Under the pieces are notes generated by a model that worked only from the letters and a program-made list of their open reading frames with translations, was not told where the DNA came from and did not search any database. Shown in pieces: positions 40,110 through 50,231 of a stretch of DNA of 64,000 nt. The position numbers were made by a program, and so were the translations under genes. Position 1 is the first letter of the stretch. Every line of letters begins with the position of its first letter. The DNA comes from Chitinophagaceae bacterium (GTDB taxonomy: Bacteria > Bacteroidota > Bacteroidia > Chitinophagales > Chitinophagaceae): assembly GCA_044373365.1 (NCBI GenBank), contig JBIPNK010000006.1:13254-77253 (forward strand), given 5' to 3'.

Positions 40110-40480
40110 TTTTTTTGATTTGAGGGTTGAATGGAACAGCTTTTCCCAAATAACCGGTATCTGTTTTTGGCAATCAGGTCATACACAATATCCCTGATGG
40201 GTCTTGGGATGAACTGGACATATTTCAGGTAATGCGGAAAGCCATTCAGCAGTTTTGCGATTTCAATGGCAGCATCTGATTTTAGGAATATTTTTTGATC
40301 TGCAATGAAAACAATTGAATTTAAGTTTTCATTGTTGAACGCAGAATTCTTCAACAGTTCTTTGGCTTTTTCACTTTGGAGTGAAGCAAATTGTATGTTA
40401 CTGTTCTTGTCATGCTTGCTGATGAAGCGAACTGATGCATTGCAGAGATTGCATATTCCGTCGAACAGTACAATATTCAT
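40106..40480 (-). CDS. DCC family thiol-disulfide oxidoreductase (YuxK-like)
   Basis: IVLFDGICNLCN, FASLQS and YDLIAKNRYRLFG motifs. Confidence 0.9.
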   Translation of the reverse strand: MNIVLFDGICNLCNASVRFISKHDKNSNIQFASLQSEKAKELLKNSAFNNENLNSIVFIADQKIFLKSDAAIEIAKLLNGFPHYLKYVQFIPRPIRDIVYDLIAKNRYRLFGKSCSIQPSNQKK

Positions 40481-40542
40481 TTTGCAAAGGTAGGATAACG
40501 CCCTCAAATGGGATTTTCAATGAACAGTTTGTATTATTTGTT

Positions 40543-41310
40543 TCATTTCAACAGCATCCTTCTGGTTCCAATGATAAAAGGAATCAGTATTGAATAGCCG
40601 ATGAAAAATGGGATGATGAAATCAATCCATCCCATCACCATAAAAAATGCCATCAGCAACAACTGGAATCCCAGACCATAAAACGAGACCAAAAACATGA
40701 ACCATTTCGGCGAGATGCTTGCTTCGGAAGCCCGGGGATCGAGGGCATAGATGAATTCATCAAATACCTTGTACAACAAACGAAATAGCTTGTAAAGGAA
40801 GTTGACCACGGCTTGACTTTCTTCAGGATATGCTGTGGGTACTTGATTTTCAAAAATCTGGCTGGTGATTTCCCCATCGGTTCCATGCCTGAAAACCACA
40901 TGATAATAGTTGTACAAAGTACCCTGTGTCTGCATGCAGAGATAGGCAGTTAATGTGATGAGAAGATTTGTGTTGGTAACCCAACCAATGCAAATCAACA
41001 AGGCAAGGTTTAGGATGCTATCGAAAATTGAATCCAGGTAACGCCCTGTGAACGAGGGTTGGTTTTTTACCCTTGCCAGTTGTCCATCAGCGGCATCAAG
41101 AATCGATTTTAGGATCAAAAAAAATCCGGCAGCCCAGTAATACTCCGCTACCATGCAATAAATGGCCATCAGTCCAGAAAGTCCAAACAACAAAGTAAGG
41201 TGAATCGCTGTGAATTTGGTGTCCTTTAATTGTTTGGCAATGATGTTGGCAATGGGCCTTCCGTAATCGGAAACGTCAATAAATTTATTTTCAACAGTGA
41301 GTTTAGACAT
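40543..41310 (-). CDS. CDP-alcohol phosphatidyltransferase family protein
   Basis: DAADGQLAR...GRYLDSIFD signature. Confidence 0.88.
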   Translation of the reverse strand: MSKLTVENKFIDVSDYGRPIANIIAKQLKDTKFTAIHLTLLFGLSGLMAIYCMVAEYYWAAGFFLILKSILDAADGQLARVKNQPSFTGRYLDSIFDSILNLALLICIGWVTNTNLLITLTAYLCMQTQGTLYNYYHVVFRHGTDGEITSQIFENQVPTAYPEESQAVVNFLYKLFRLLYKVFDEFIYALDPRASEASISPKWFMFLVSFYGLGFQLLLMAFFMVMGWIDFIIPFFIGYSILIPFIIGTRRMLLK

Positions 41311-41489
41311 GCGTTTATTTTGGCCCAACCAGAAGAGCAAAGTTTGCAAATACAATAAAACTGACAGGGTAAAATAGTCTTTCGTTGAACCAAAAGCTGT
41401 GCTAACGCATAAAAGGTTTACAAAACTGCACTATTGATGCACTGTTGATCTTGAGTATTGCTGCAAATTTAATGTCTCACCTTGACAAT

Positions 41490-41729
41490 TCAAGATTTTG
41501 TAGAACCATTTCCCCTGATGTTCATCCTGATGTATAGATCTTCCACCTGCTTTCTTGCCCAAGGAGTCTTGCGCAGGAATTTCAGGCTAGACTGAATGCT
41601 GGGGTTGCTGTTGAAACAATTGATGCGGATGTGCTGGCCCAGGTCTTCCCATCCAAAATAGGCCACCAATTCGGTAACGATTGTTTCCAATGTTTTGCCG
41701 TGTAAAGGATCGTTTGAGGCATTAGACAT
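41490..41729 (-). CDS. VF530 (DUF2132) family small protein
   Basis: PLHGKTLE...INCF...[13 protein letters not shown] motif. Confidence 0.88.
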   Translation of the reverse strand: MSNASNDPLHGKTLETIVTELVAYFGWEDLGQHIRINCFNSNPSIQSSLKFLRKTPWARKQVEDLYIRMNIRGNGSTKS

Positions 41730-41746
41730 GCGCAAATTTATGGATT

Positions 41747-43015
41747 TCACATAAAATCAAAAAGCAAAGGAGAACCGAAGCATACAATACATGCCCAGAT
41801 GCCATATACGGGCAGCATGATGGTCATGCTCTTTTCCAGGTCTTCGATATCGCCCTTTTTCATCACAATTCGAAAGAGTTTGTGCGAGACCAAAGAAAGA
41901 TTAGCAAGGATCAGCAGGTTGGCACCAAGCACAGCGATTCTATTGGGTGTTATACCAAACTCCTGAAGCCTGAACAGAATGGCGGAGAGCGCAATTCCAT
42001 TGATGACAATGGTCAAGGTTGAAAGACCCAACAGGATGGCCAGGTTCGTTTGGCTTTTGGTATTTTTGGTTACCTCACTCACAGAAAACAGGATCAAGGC
42101 CATGACTCCGATCAACAATCCATTGAAAATCATCAAAGCGTTTCTGTCATCATAGGGATAGTTTCCTGTATACATCACCGATGAAATAAAAATGAGCAAT
42201 GTCACCAAAACGAAGGGTGTGAAAATTCTTGCAATTACCGGGGATATTTTGTTCACCAGTTGCGGATTGTTCAAGACCAAATAAGTACCAACGATTGGAA
42301 TAGCCGCAAGTCCAAAAATGACAATGTATCGGGAATAGATTGATGTAATATCAACATGGATGATGTCAAAAAGTCCTATGGTCAAACCGCTGAAGATGAT
42401 TCCTGACAAAACAATTAGCGCACTCATCACAACGAAATCACCATTGAAGCGCAAATACCCAATCTTTTTTTGCGCCTCTTTAAGGTCTCCTCCAATAAAT
42501 GTGTATCCTGCAATCGCCCATAACATGAATGGCAGGTGTATGCAGGCCAATATGATGGCATCCGTTTCTTTTTTCCCAGGTAAAATGTTGATGTAGATGA
42601 CCGACAACACAATTGTAATGAAGGGTAAAATCAGTTGACGGACTGTCTGTTTGTTTTTCCATGAAAAGTAGGCAATCAGAAAAGGAAAAATCAGGAATGC
42701 GATATTGCGGGAGTAAAAAAGCTCCTCATCAATTGAAAATATTTCCGGTACTTTGGCGAGTAAACCTGCTGTCAGTGCGGTAACTACCACAAACAGCAGT
42801 TCATTTTTTTTACCCCAGGAAATTTCATCCTGTTTGTAGTGTAATCTTTCATGCCAAACCTGGGCAACAGCATTTTCCCTTATATCGGGATATGCGGATT
42901 CAAATGCCTGGGCAAAGCCTGTTTTGTTGATCCGGTACATTTTTTCCAGTTCATTGGGATTATCGATGCTTGCAATGATTGCTTCTTTCATTTGCAATGT
43001 GTCTGTGTTTGACAT
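41747..43015 (-). CDS. DUF4153-like polytopic membrane protein
   Basis: [11 protein letters not shown]-terminus; about 10 TM segments; [11 protein letters not shown] motif. Confidence 0.65.
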   Translation of the reverse strand: MSNTDTLQMKEAIIASIDNPNELEKMYRINKTGFAQAFESAYPDIRENAVAQVWHERLHYKQDEISWGKKNELLFVVVTALTAGLLAKVPEIFSIDEELFYSRNIAFLIFPFLIAYFSWKNKQTVRQLILPFITIVLSVIYINILPGKKETDAIILACIHLPFMLWAIAGYTFIGGDLKEAQKKIGYLRFNGDFVVMSALIVLSGIIFSGLTIGLFDIIHVDITSIYSRYIVIFGLAAIPIVGTYLVLNNPQLVNKISPVIARIFTPFVLVTLLIFISSVMYTGNYPYDDRNALMIFNGLLIGVMALILFSVSEVTKNTKSQTNLAILLGLSTLTIVINGIALSAILFRLQEFGITPNRIAVLGANLLILANLSLVSHKLFRIVMKKGDIEDLEKSMTIMLPVYGIWACIVCFGSPLLFDFM

Positions 43016-43055
43016 AAGATGGTTGTTTTATCTATTGACCGTTGTTCTATTTGTA

Positions 43056-43355
43056 TCAATTTGATTGACGGATAATGGCCTCAAGGGCATTCAAATGTTC
43101 ATGAAAAGCTTTTTTTCCTTTGTTCGTTGCAGCGTAAGAAGTATTTGGTTTTTTGCCAATGAATTTCTTTTCAATTTTTATGTAATCCAGTTTTTCCAAT
43201 GCACTGATATGACTGGCGATATTGCCATCTGTCACTTGCAATTGTTCCTTGATCGCACTAAAGTCAACCTGCTCATTGACCATGAGAATAGACATGATGC
43301 CCAATCTCACCCTGCTTTCAAATGCCTTGTTTAGATCCCCGATGAAATTTCTCAC
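43056..43355 (-). CDS. Winged-helix transcriptional regulator (HTH_34/ArsR-MarR-like)
   Basis: FESRVRLGIMSIL...TDGNIASHISALE...GKKP. Confidence 0.88.
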   Translation of the reverse strand: MRNFIGDLNKAFESRVRLGIMSILMVNEQVDFSAIKEQLQVTDGNIASHISALEKLDYIKIEKKFIGKKPNTSYAATNKGKKAFHEHLNALEAIIRQSN

Positions 43356-43987
43356 TTCTCGTATTTAAAATAAAACCTTGTTCCATAGATGATGTGTACC
43401 AAACCAAATCCCAAAGCCCAAAAAATCAAGCCATACCCAATAAAAAATGCTGCCAGCAGTCCGATTCCAATCTCAATGATTCCCAGGTAACGTATTTCAT
43501 CTATGGAGTATTTACTTCCATTCAAGAGTGCCATGCCATAGAAAATCAAGGTAGCAGGGGCTATCAGTGAGAAAAATCCATGGTAAAACAATATCGCACA
43601 GAATATTCCCCCAGCAGCAAGTGGTAAAGCAAAATTGATCATAAGGCGCTTGGCTGCATTGTCCCAAACAGGCAATCCTTTCTTTCTTGCATTTCTTACC
43701 GCAAACAGGATTCCTGTAGCGGCCGACAAGATCAGGACGACCAAGGCATCGAGCAACAAAAAGGTTCCATTCAATTGCATGGAGGAGTACTGATCCTGGT
43801 TTAATGCTTCATATGGAACTTGATCGTAAGACAAGCCCAATGCAGCGTATGCAATCACTGCGCCAGCAATGGCAATGAAGCCTACAACTACACCTGCAAT
43901 CCCACTGAGTGCCTGAAACCTGGACGATCTTTCCATGATGGTCCTTATTTCCCTGATTTCATCTAAAGGCTTGAATTGATTGTTCAT
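43352..43987 (-). CDS. Conserved membrane protein co-transcribed with the wHTH regulator
   Basis: IRTIMERSSRFQALSG...SKYS...RYLG...HIIYG; about 6 TM segments; 4-nt overlap with the regulator. Start refined to MNNQF. Confidence 0.75.
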   Translation of the reverse strand: MNNQFKPLDEIREIRTIMERSSRFQALSGIAGVVVGFIAIAGAVIAYAALGLSYDQVPYEALNQDQYSSMQLNGTFLLLDALVVLILSAATGILFAVRNARKKGLPVWDNAAKRLMINFALPLAAGGIFCAILFYHGFFSLIAPATLIFYGMALLNGSKYSIDEIRYLGIIEIGIGLLAAFFIGYGLIFWALGFGLVHIIYGTRFYFKYEK

Positions 43988-44003
43988 ATCCGTTGAATAA
44001 AAG

Positions 44004-44022
44004 TACTTTGAAATACAAAGTA
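44004..44022. promoter_or_regulatory. Palindromic operator candidate
   Basis: TACTTTG-AAATA-CAAAGTA is a perfect 7-5-7 inverted repeat 16 nt upstream of the operon start. Confidence 0.65.
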
Positions 44023-44092
44023 AAAGCAAAATACGGTTCAAACAAAAATTCTTTTTCAGATTAGTGAATATATTGCGACCGAATATTTTCGG

Positions 44093-44719
44093 ATGCTTTA
44101 CCCCATAACATTGCATGAATTCCAGGGCGGACTGCAGCTCAATGTGCCTGATCCTGATAAGGTTAAGCCTATTTACGATCAGTTGGTAGCCATCAACCCA
44201 GACACCGCTTTTCCTTTCTGGGCAAGGATTTGGCCTTCTTCATTGGCACTGACCGCTTTTCTTGGGAAAGAACCGCATTGGATTTTATCAAAGCATGTTT
44301 TGGAGATAGGGGCAGGTATCGGGCTGCCATCCTTTTCAATAGCAAAGGATGCATTGTCATTGCTAGTCAGCGATCATTCATCTGAAGCGGTGGCCCTGAT
44401 GGAAAAAAATATCCAATACCTGGGTCTAAAGAACGTTAGGGCAATGTGTTTGGATTGGAATCATTTTCCGTCTGATCTTGCTGCCGATACGGTCTTGTTC
44501 AGCGATATCAATTACGAACCGGAACAGTTTAATGCCTTGTTGAACTTGATCAAGCAATTGCTGGAGAAAGGTGCAACCATCGTTATTGCTACGCCGGAAA
44601 GAATCAGCGCCGTATCTTTTGCTGTTCAGCTTGAACCCTATGTTACCCTTTCTGTCATGGAAACAGTAGTCAATGAAGATCAGCGCATTGACATAAGGAT
44701 TTTTGTCCTATCGCCATAG
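44093..44719 (+). CDS. Class I SAM-dependent methyltransferase (Methyltransf_16-like)
   Basis: PFWARIWPSSLAL, VLEIGAGIGLPS, LDWN and SDINY motifs. Confidence 0.85.
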   Translation: MLYPITLHEFQGGLQLNVPDPDKVKPIYDQLVAINPDTAFPFWARIWPSSLALTAFLGKEPHWILSKHVLEIGAGIGLPSFSIAKDALSLLVSDHSSEAVALMEKNIQYLGLKNVRAMCLDWNHFPSDLAADTVLFSDINYEPEQFNALLNLIKQLLEKGATIVIATPERISAVSFAVQLEPYVTLSVMETVVNEDQRIDIRIFVLSP

Positions 44720-44768
44720 GATTCAGAACATGAACCTGCGCATGCATTGTTTACCTCTTTGGGCAACA

Positions 44769-47021
44769 TTAAAGTTTAACACCCACCGTCAAAAAGAAAT
44801 TCCTTGGTTCTGCAGTCAATATCCCGGGACCCGGATAACCACTTGATCTTCTGGTGAAATACTTTTCATTGAACAGGTTGTTGATGCCGGCTTTCAGGTG
44901 ACACATTTCAGTGAACTGGCAAGTTCCGCTGATGTCCAGAATTGAATAAGCAGGAATCAAACCATTGATACCATTGGCTGTTGGTGTTATTGTATTGTTG
45001 GCATCACTGAATGCATCAGCAACATGGCTGTACTGAGTGGTAACCGTGAGTTTTTTTCTGCTGTAGGTGATGCCAGTGCGGTAAATCTGTTCTGGCGCAT
45101 TTTCCACTCGGTTGTTTTTCAAATTGGTTTCGACCAACCTGTTACCCTGTCTGGTGATTACGCGAAGTTCATCATACGTTGCACGGATGAACGCAACCGA
45201 TGCAAACGCAGTCAAATTACCAGCAGCGGGTTTTACTTTCCATGCTTTGAACGGACTGAATTCTACAAGGGCTTCAATCCCACGACTGCTGCTGTTACCA
45301 ACATTGGTCCGGAGATTATAAAAACTGCCGTCTTGTTTCTGTTGTGCTATCACACCAATCCTGTTGTTGTACTGCAAAAGAAAACCACTTATATCAAAGA
45401 ACAGGTAATCTTTGATGCGGCCGCGGTATCCAAGATCAACATTGTAGCCCTTGGCATCTTTTAGTTGCTGATCAATTACATCTGTAGTGGGGTTTCCAGA
45501 CAGATCACTGAACAAGACCGGACGGTAGGCTTGTGAAAAATTTGCATAGATTTCTGTTTGTCCTAAATGGTATTCCGCTCCTATACCAGCCAAAAGAAAT
45601 TGCCTTATCCTGTTTTGGTTTGCAATCTTCAATTCATTGTTGCCTGTCAGGTTTACTCTACCATCCGCTTTGTTCCGTATGTTTTCCATGCGAATGCCCG
45701 GGATGATGGACAAGTTCTTCCCAATCCTAAATATGTTTTCAGCAAAAAATGCCATATTGGTGGTCAGGAAATCCAGATCAGTCGGATATGGGTTGCTTAC
45801 ATCGAGGTTGTACTTGAGGCCTGCATCGCCTCTTCCGTTCTGGAAGCGATAGGTATTCCCTGTAAAATAACGTGCCCCTGCCGAAAAGGTATGGTTGGTT
45901 TTACCCAATTGGTAATCTGAAATGTACCGTGTTTCCAGACCAAAATTGTTGTATTTGTCTACATCCACACGGCGGTTGTTGTACAATTGTGTTGACACGT
46001 TGATGCTGTCAGCAATATTGGGTGTCTGGTTGAACCCTATACTGTTCCTTTCTCCATACATGGCAAAGGTTTTGACATTCAGCCTGCTCTTCTCACTCAA
46101 GGTATAATCAAGGTTGATGGCTGCAATATTCCAATTTACTTCGAACCAGTTCCGCTGTCGATAACTGCGGTAGGCATCAATTTTGAACTGTGCATCAGTC
46201 AATCCACCCGGTTGTTGACTCAGGTAATTGAAATGGGTGATTTCGACCCCAACTTTTAGCTTTGGGTTGATTTTCCAGGAAATGGTGCCGTAGCCTGTAT
46301 TCACTTTGAATCCACTGTTTTCCCGGAATCCATCACCACGGCGGTGATCCCAAAAAGCATAATAATGGGTCTTGCCTGTTTCACCTCCAATGTCATTGTA
46401 TGCATTGAAAAGACCAAAGCTGCCGGCTGTTTGCTGAGATTCATACTGAAATGGTTTATTGATATCACTGCCATCTTTCATGATAAAATTCACCATTCCT
46501 CCGAATTGAGGGCCGTATTGAAGACTGGCTGCACCACGCAATACCTGGATCCGTTGAACGGAATTGAGTTGCGGTGTATAATAGGCTTCAGGATAGCCAA
46601 AGGGGTCGCTGCTGATATCATACCCATTCTGACGGGTATTGAATTCCCAGCTGCGGTTAGGACTGAGTCCGCGCGCAGCAATGCCAATTTGAATCCCGCT
46701 TGGGTCGCTTTCCCAAACCTGGATGCCGGGAACTTTGGCCATCACCTGCCGCATGGTATTGGTTACAACATTTCCCTGCACATTGTCCATCATGATCAAG
46801 GCATTCTTTTTTCCTGCATTGATGGTGGTGCCTACTATTTCTGGTAAAAAATGAATATCTGCTTTTGTATTGCGGCCTACCAGCTTGATATCAGGCAAAT
46901 ACTTTGAGTGGAGCAATCCGCTGTCTGCGGTTCTTGCGTTTTCTTTTCCTTGTGCTATCAGTATGTTAGCAGAAAAAATCAATCCCATCATTAAAAGGAC
47001 ACACTTCATTTTCACTTTCAT
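44769..47021 (-). CDS. TonB-dependent receptor, FecA-like
   Basis: ARGLSPNRS plug, RIQVLRGAASLQYGPQFGGMVN and INNLFNEKYF motifs; C-terminal FLTVGVKL. Confidence 0.9.
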   Translation of the reverse strand: MKVKMKCVLLMMGLIFSANILIAQGKENARTADSGLLHSKYLPDIKLVGRNTKADIHFLPEIVGTTINAGKKNALIMMDNVQGNVVTNTMRQVMAKVPGIQVWESDPSGIQIGIAARGLSPNRSWEFNTRQNGYDISSDPFGYPEAYYTPQLNSVQRIQVLRGAASLQYGPQFGGMVNFIMKDGSDINKPFQYESQQTAGSFGLFNAYNDIGGETGKTHYYAFWDHRRGDGFRENSGFKVNTGYGTISWKINPKLKVGVEITHFNYLSQQPGGLTDAQFKIDAYRSYRQRNWFEVNWNIAAINLDYTLSEKSRLNVKTFAMYGERNSIGFNQTPNIADSINVSTQLYNNRRVDVDKYNNFGLETRYISDYQLGKTNHTFSAGARYFTGNTYRFQNGRGDAGLKYNLDVSNPYPTDLDFLTTNMAFFAENIFRIGKNLSIIPGIRMENIRNKADGRVNLTGNNELKIANQNRIRQFLLAGIGAEYHLGQTEIYANFSQAYRPVLFSDLSGNPTTDVIDQQLKDAKGYNVDLGYRGRIKDYLFFDISGFLLQYNNRIGVIAQQKQDGSFYNLRTNVGNSSSRGIEALVEFSPFKAWKVKPAAGNLTAFASVAFIRATYDELRVITRQGNRLVETNLKNNRVENAPEQIYRTGITYSRKKLTVTTQYSHVADAFSDANNTITPTANGINGLIPAYSILDISGTCQFTEMCHLKAGINNLFNEKYFTRRSSGYPGPGILTAEPRNFFLTVGVKL

Positions 47022-47320
47022 TTAGGCTGCGAAAATCAAATCTTTCTTTTCTATTCTTTTACGAAAAAAGAAAAACGGACTTGCGAGATGCGAAAAAGAA
47101 TGCTGTTGAGCCAATAGTGACATCTAATTGCAAAGGGCACTCAATCTTTTTTGTTAATTCGGGAAGCCTCACCCCAAAGCCCTCAGAAAATAATTCCAGC
47201 ATCAAATGAGGGTTAATTACTGCATACTTAACATAAAAACAATTTATGATAAATAATATAAGCGTAAATAAAAAATTATGAAAGATCTACATGGTTTTGC
47301 GCTCGAAAACATAGATACTT

Positions 47321-47558
47321 ATGACAAGAGTGACAATTGCAAAAGGAGATGGAATTGGTCCTGAAATCATGGATGCTGCACGCAAGATCATGTTGGTGCA
47401 GGGGTCGGTTTACACCAAGCGAAGCTGCTGTTATCCAGAAAGGGCAGATCATACAGTTCATGCAACGTGCATTGGACCTCAACATTGATGTGATCAAAAA
47501 TGAAAACCTTTATCATTTAGAAGGTGTTGCAGCATTTTCACTAGGGCAAGGGCAATGA
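47321..47558 (+). pseudogene. icd: Internally deleted, frameshifted NADP-isocitrate dehydrogenase remnant
   Basis: One frame gives the IDH N-terminus MTRVTIAKGDGIGPEIMDAARKIML. The +1 frame then gives the C-terminus RFTPSEAAVIQK...IDVIKNENLYHLEGVAAFSLGQGQ*, typical of long Thermus/Rickettsia/Bacteroidota-type IDH. The catalytic core is absent. Confidence 0.8.
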
Positions 47559-47589
47559 TTTTTAGCTGATATAAGCTATTTTCACTCTT

Positions 47590-49749
47590 ATGAAAAGTCT
47601 GATTTTGTTTAATCTTTTACTTATGATTGGCTGTATTGGTTTGAATGCTCAATCATCGCTAAGATGCAGTATAAAAAATGCCGGCTCTAAAGAGCCCCTG
47701 GTTGGTGCAACGGTAAAAATCATTGAGCTTAATAAAACAAGACTAACAGACAGTGCTGGTCTTGTTGAGTTTGAACAAATTCCTGATGGAACCTATACCA
47801 TCAACGTTTCATTCATCGGTTTTTCCGATAAAGCAATAACAATTAAAATAACACAGTATCCAACAGCTGTTCAGGAGGTATTGCTGGAAGAACGTGAAGA
47901 AGAGGAAGAGGAAATTATCGTTACTGCAACGCGGATCAGTCGAACCATTGAGAATACACCAACCCGGACGGAAGTAATTTCCGGTGAAGAACTTACCGAG
48001 AAAGGAAACATGAAGCCCGGCGACATCAGGATGATGTTGAATGAAAGCACCGGAATACAAACACAACAAACTTCCGCAACCTCATTCAATGCAGGTATCC
48101 GCATTCAGGGATTGGATGGACGGTATACACAAATGTTGAGAGATGGATATCCCATGTACTCAGGTTTTGCCGGTAGCCTTTCTCTTTTGCAAATTGCACC
48201 ACTTGATCTCAAACAGGTTGAAGTGATCAAGGGTGCTGCTTCAACGCTATACGGAGGCGGTGCCATTGCCGGATTGGTAAACCTCGTTTCTAAAACCCCG
48301 GTTGAAGAACGTCAACTGAATTTCCTGGCCAATGCCACGTCTGCAGGAGGTTTGGATCTTAGCAGTTTTTACAGTGAAAAATATGGCAAAACAGGGTTAA
48401 CCGTATTTGCCTCAAGGAACAGCAACACAGCATTTGATCCTGCTTCCATAGGATTAACTGCAATACCTGCGTTTGAACGGTATACCATCAATCCACGCTT
48501 TTTTGTTTACGGGGAAAATACCACTGCAGATTTTGGGATCAACTATACAACCGAGAACAGAACCGGCGGGAGCATGGATTATATCAAAAAGGGGAGCGCT
48601 GGTTTTTTTGAAAAGAACAATACAGACCGATTTACAACGCAGTTTGGCATAGCGCATCGATTCAATGAGCGCGCTACCCTTCAATTTAAAAACAGTTACA
48701 GCCATTTCAACCGAGTGCTGTCCATACCAAACTACATATTCAACGCCCTTCAACAATCTTCATTCTCTGAGCTAAGCTGGAATAGAAAAGGAGAAAATTC
48801 GGATTGGGTCGTAGGAACCAATCTGGTCACCGAAAACCTGGTGGAAAACCCCAATGCTATTGATCCCAAAAGAGACTACCGTTTCAACACATTTGGGATT
48901 TTTATTCAGAACGCCTGGTCGATCAGTGAAAAGATTGTGTTGGAAACAGGGCTGAGAGGAGATCATGTCAATGAATTTGGATTTGAAGTGCTTCCCAGGG
49001 TATCTGCCATGTTCAAAATAAATTCAAAATTGACCACCAGGATCGGGGGTGGATATGGATACAAACCGCCAACCATTTTTACCGAGGAAGCAGAGAGAAG
49101 ACAGTTCAGGAACCTGCTGCCTATAGATATCATCAACTCCAGAAATGAACGATCAAAAGGTGTCAATTGGGATATCAATTATAAAACGTCAATTGGTGAT
49201 CTGGATTTGAGTTTTAACCAACTCTTTTTCTATACCAAACTTTCCCATCCGCTTGTTTTGACAAATGCTTCCGGCAATAAAGTGGAATTTGACAATGCAG
49301 AAGGATTTCTTGATACAAAAGGGATGGAAACCAATCTCAGGCTTACCTATGCTGATTTCAAGTTGTTCCTGGGTTATACCTATACAGATGCCAGCACCCA
49401 TTTCACCAATTCAAAACAATGGTTACCCCTTACAGCCCGTCATCGGCTGAACAATGTGTTGATGTATGAAATTGAAGACAAGCTCAAATTGGGACTGGAA
49501 GCGTATTATTTCAGTAAACAAAAATTGGGTGATGGTAGCTTTGGGAGGGATTATTGGATCACTGGTTTCATGGCCGAAAAACTTTGGGAGAAATGGTCTC
49601 TCTTCATCAATTTTGAGAATTTTACCAATACAAGACAATCAAGGTTTGAAAAGATCTATACAGGTACGCTGCTGAATCCTGTGTTCAGGGATATTTACGC
49701 CCCTGTTGATGGTTTTGTGGTCAATGGAGGGTTAAAAATCAGGATATAG
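47590..49749 (+). CDS. TonB-dependent receptor with an N-terminal carboxypeptidase-regulatory-like domain
   Basis: IRIQGLDGRYTQMLRDG, VEVIKGAASTLYGGGAIAG and FVVNGGLKIRI motifs. Confidence 0.92.
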   Translation: MKSLILFNLLLMIGCIGLNAQSSLRCSIKNAGSKEPLVGATVKIIELNKTRLTDSAGLVEFEQIPDGTYTINVSFIGFSDKAITIKITQYPTAVQEVLLEEREEEEEEIIVTATRISRTIENTPTRTEVISGEELTEKGNMKPGDIRMMLNESTGIQTQQTSATSFNAGIRIQGLDGRYTQMLRDGYPMYSGFAGSLSLLQIAPLDLKQVEVIKGAASTLYGGGAIAGLVNLVSKTPVEERQLNFLANATSAGGLDLSSFYSEKYGKTGLTVFASRNSNTAFDPASIGLTAIPAFERYTINPRFFVYGENTTADFGINYTTENRTGGSMDYIKKGSAGFFEKNNTDRFTTQFGIAHRFNERATLQFKNSYSHFNRVLSIPNYIFNALQQSSFSELSWNRKGENSDWVVGTNLVTENLVENPNAIDPKRDYRFNTFGIFIQNAWSISEKIVLETGLRGDHVNEFGFEVLPRVSAMFKINSKLTTRIGGGYGYKPPTIFTEEAERRQFRNLLPIDIINSRNERSKGVNWDINYKTSIGDLDLSFNQLFFYTKLSHPLVLTNASGNKVEFDNAEGFLDTKGMETNLRLTYADFKLFLGYTYTDASTHFTNSKQWLPLTARHRLNNVLMYEIEDKLKLGLEAYYFSKQKLGDGSFGRDYWITGFMAEKLWEKWSLFINFENFTNTRQSRFEKIYTGTLLNPVFRDIYAPVDGFVVNGGLKIRI

Positions 49750-49805
49750 CATGGCTGTTGGCAAAAGGATCAGTTATATTGTACTAGCTGGATGATAAAT
49801 TAAAA

Positions 49806-50231
49806 TCACTTTAGCTTTCTTTCCGTCTTTGTCCACTTGATTGATGGGAACTGGTTTGTAGCTTGGGCCACTGATGGATTCCTGACCTTGCTCAGTTTTC
49901 CTTCGGTGAAAAGTTTTTCCGATATGGTATCCCAGGTTGGAAATTCACTATCCTCCTGCACCCAATGATGATAGGATGCTTCATTGCACCATTTGGGAAG
50001 GTATTGCATGGCAGCTCTGTGCGAAGATGAACCCCTAAAACCTTTCATGGAAGCTTCATCCTCCCATACAGTGATGGTCCAAAAGGTCAATTTCTTGTCA
50101 ATCAACTCTTTCCCTTTTATCAGGCCTTTTGAAACTTTTAATTCTTTTACAGAAGCCTCATTTGCCCTCATGAATGGCAACAGAAAAAACAAGGATTTTA
50201 CACGAAGTCTGGTAACAGAAATAAATGGCAT
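49806..50231 (-). CDS. DUF3291-like (dimeric alpha/beta barrel) protein
   Basis: FWTITVWEDEASMKGFRGSSSHRAAM motif. Confidence 0.7.
   Translation of the reverse strand: MPFISVTRLRVKSLFFLLPFMRANEASVKELKVSKGLIKGKELIDKKLTFWTITVWEDEASMKGFRGSSSHRAAMQYLPKWCNEASYHHWVQEDSEFPTWDTISEKLFTEGKLSKVRNPSVAQATNQFPSIKWTKTERKLK

Noticed and set aside
47278-47364. Short ATG ORF (MKDLHGFALENIDTY...) overlapping the icd start
   Set aside because: It has 28 codons, no recognisable similarity, and overlaps a better-supported reading frame.
47887-47916. GAA/GAG-rich tract encoding EEREEEEEE in the TonB receptor
   Set aside because: It is an in-frame acidic linker before the plug, an expanded form of the usual EEVVV segment, with no evidence of slippage.
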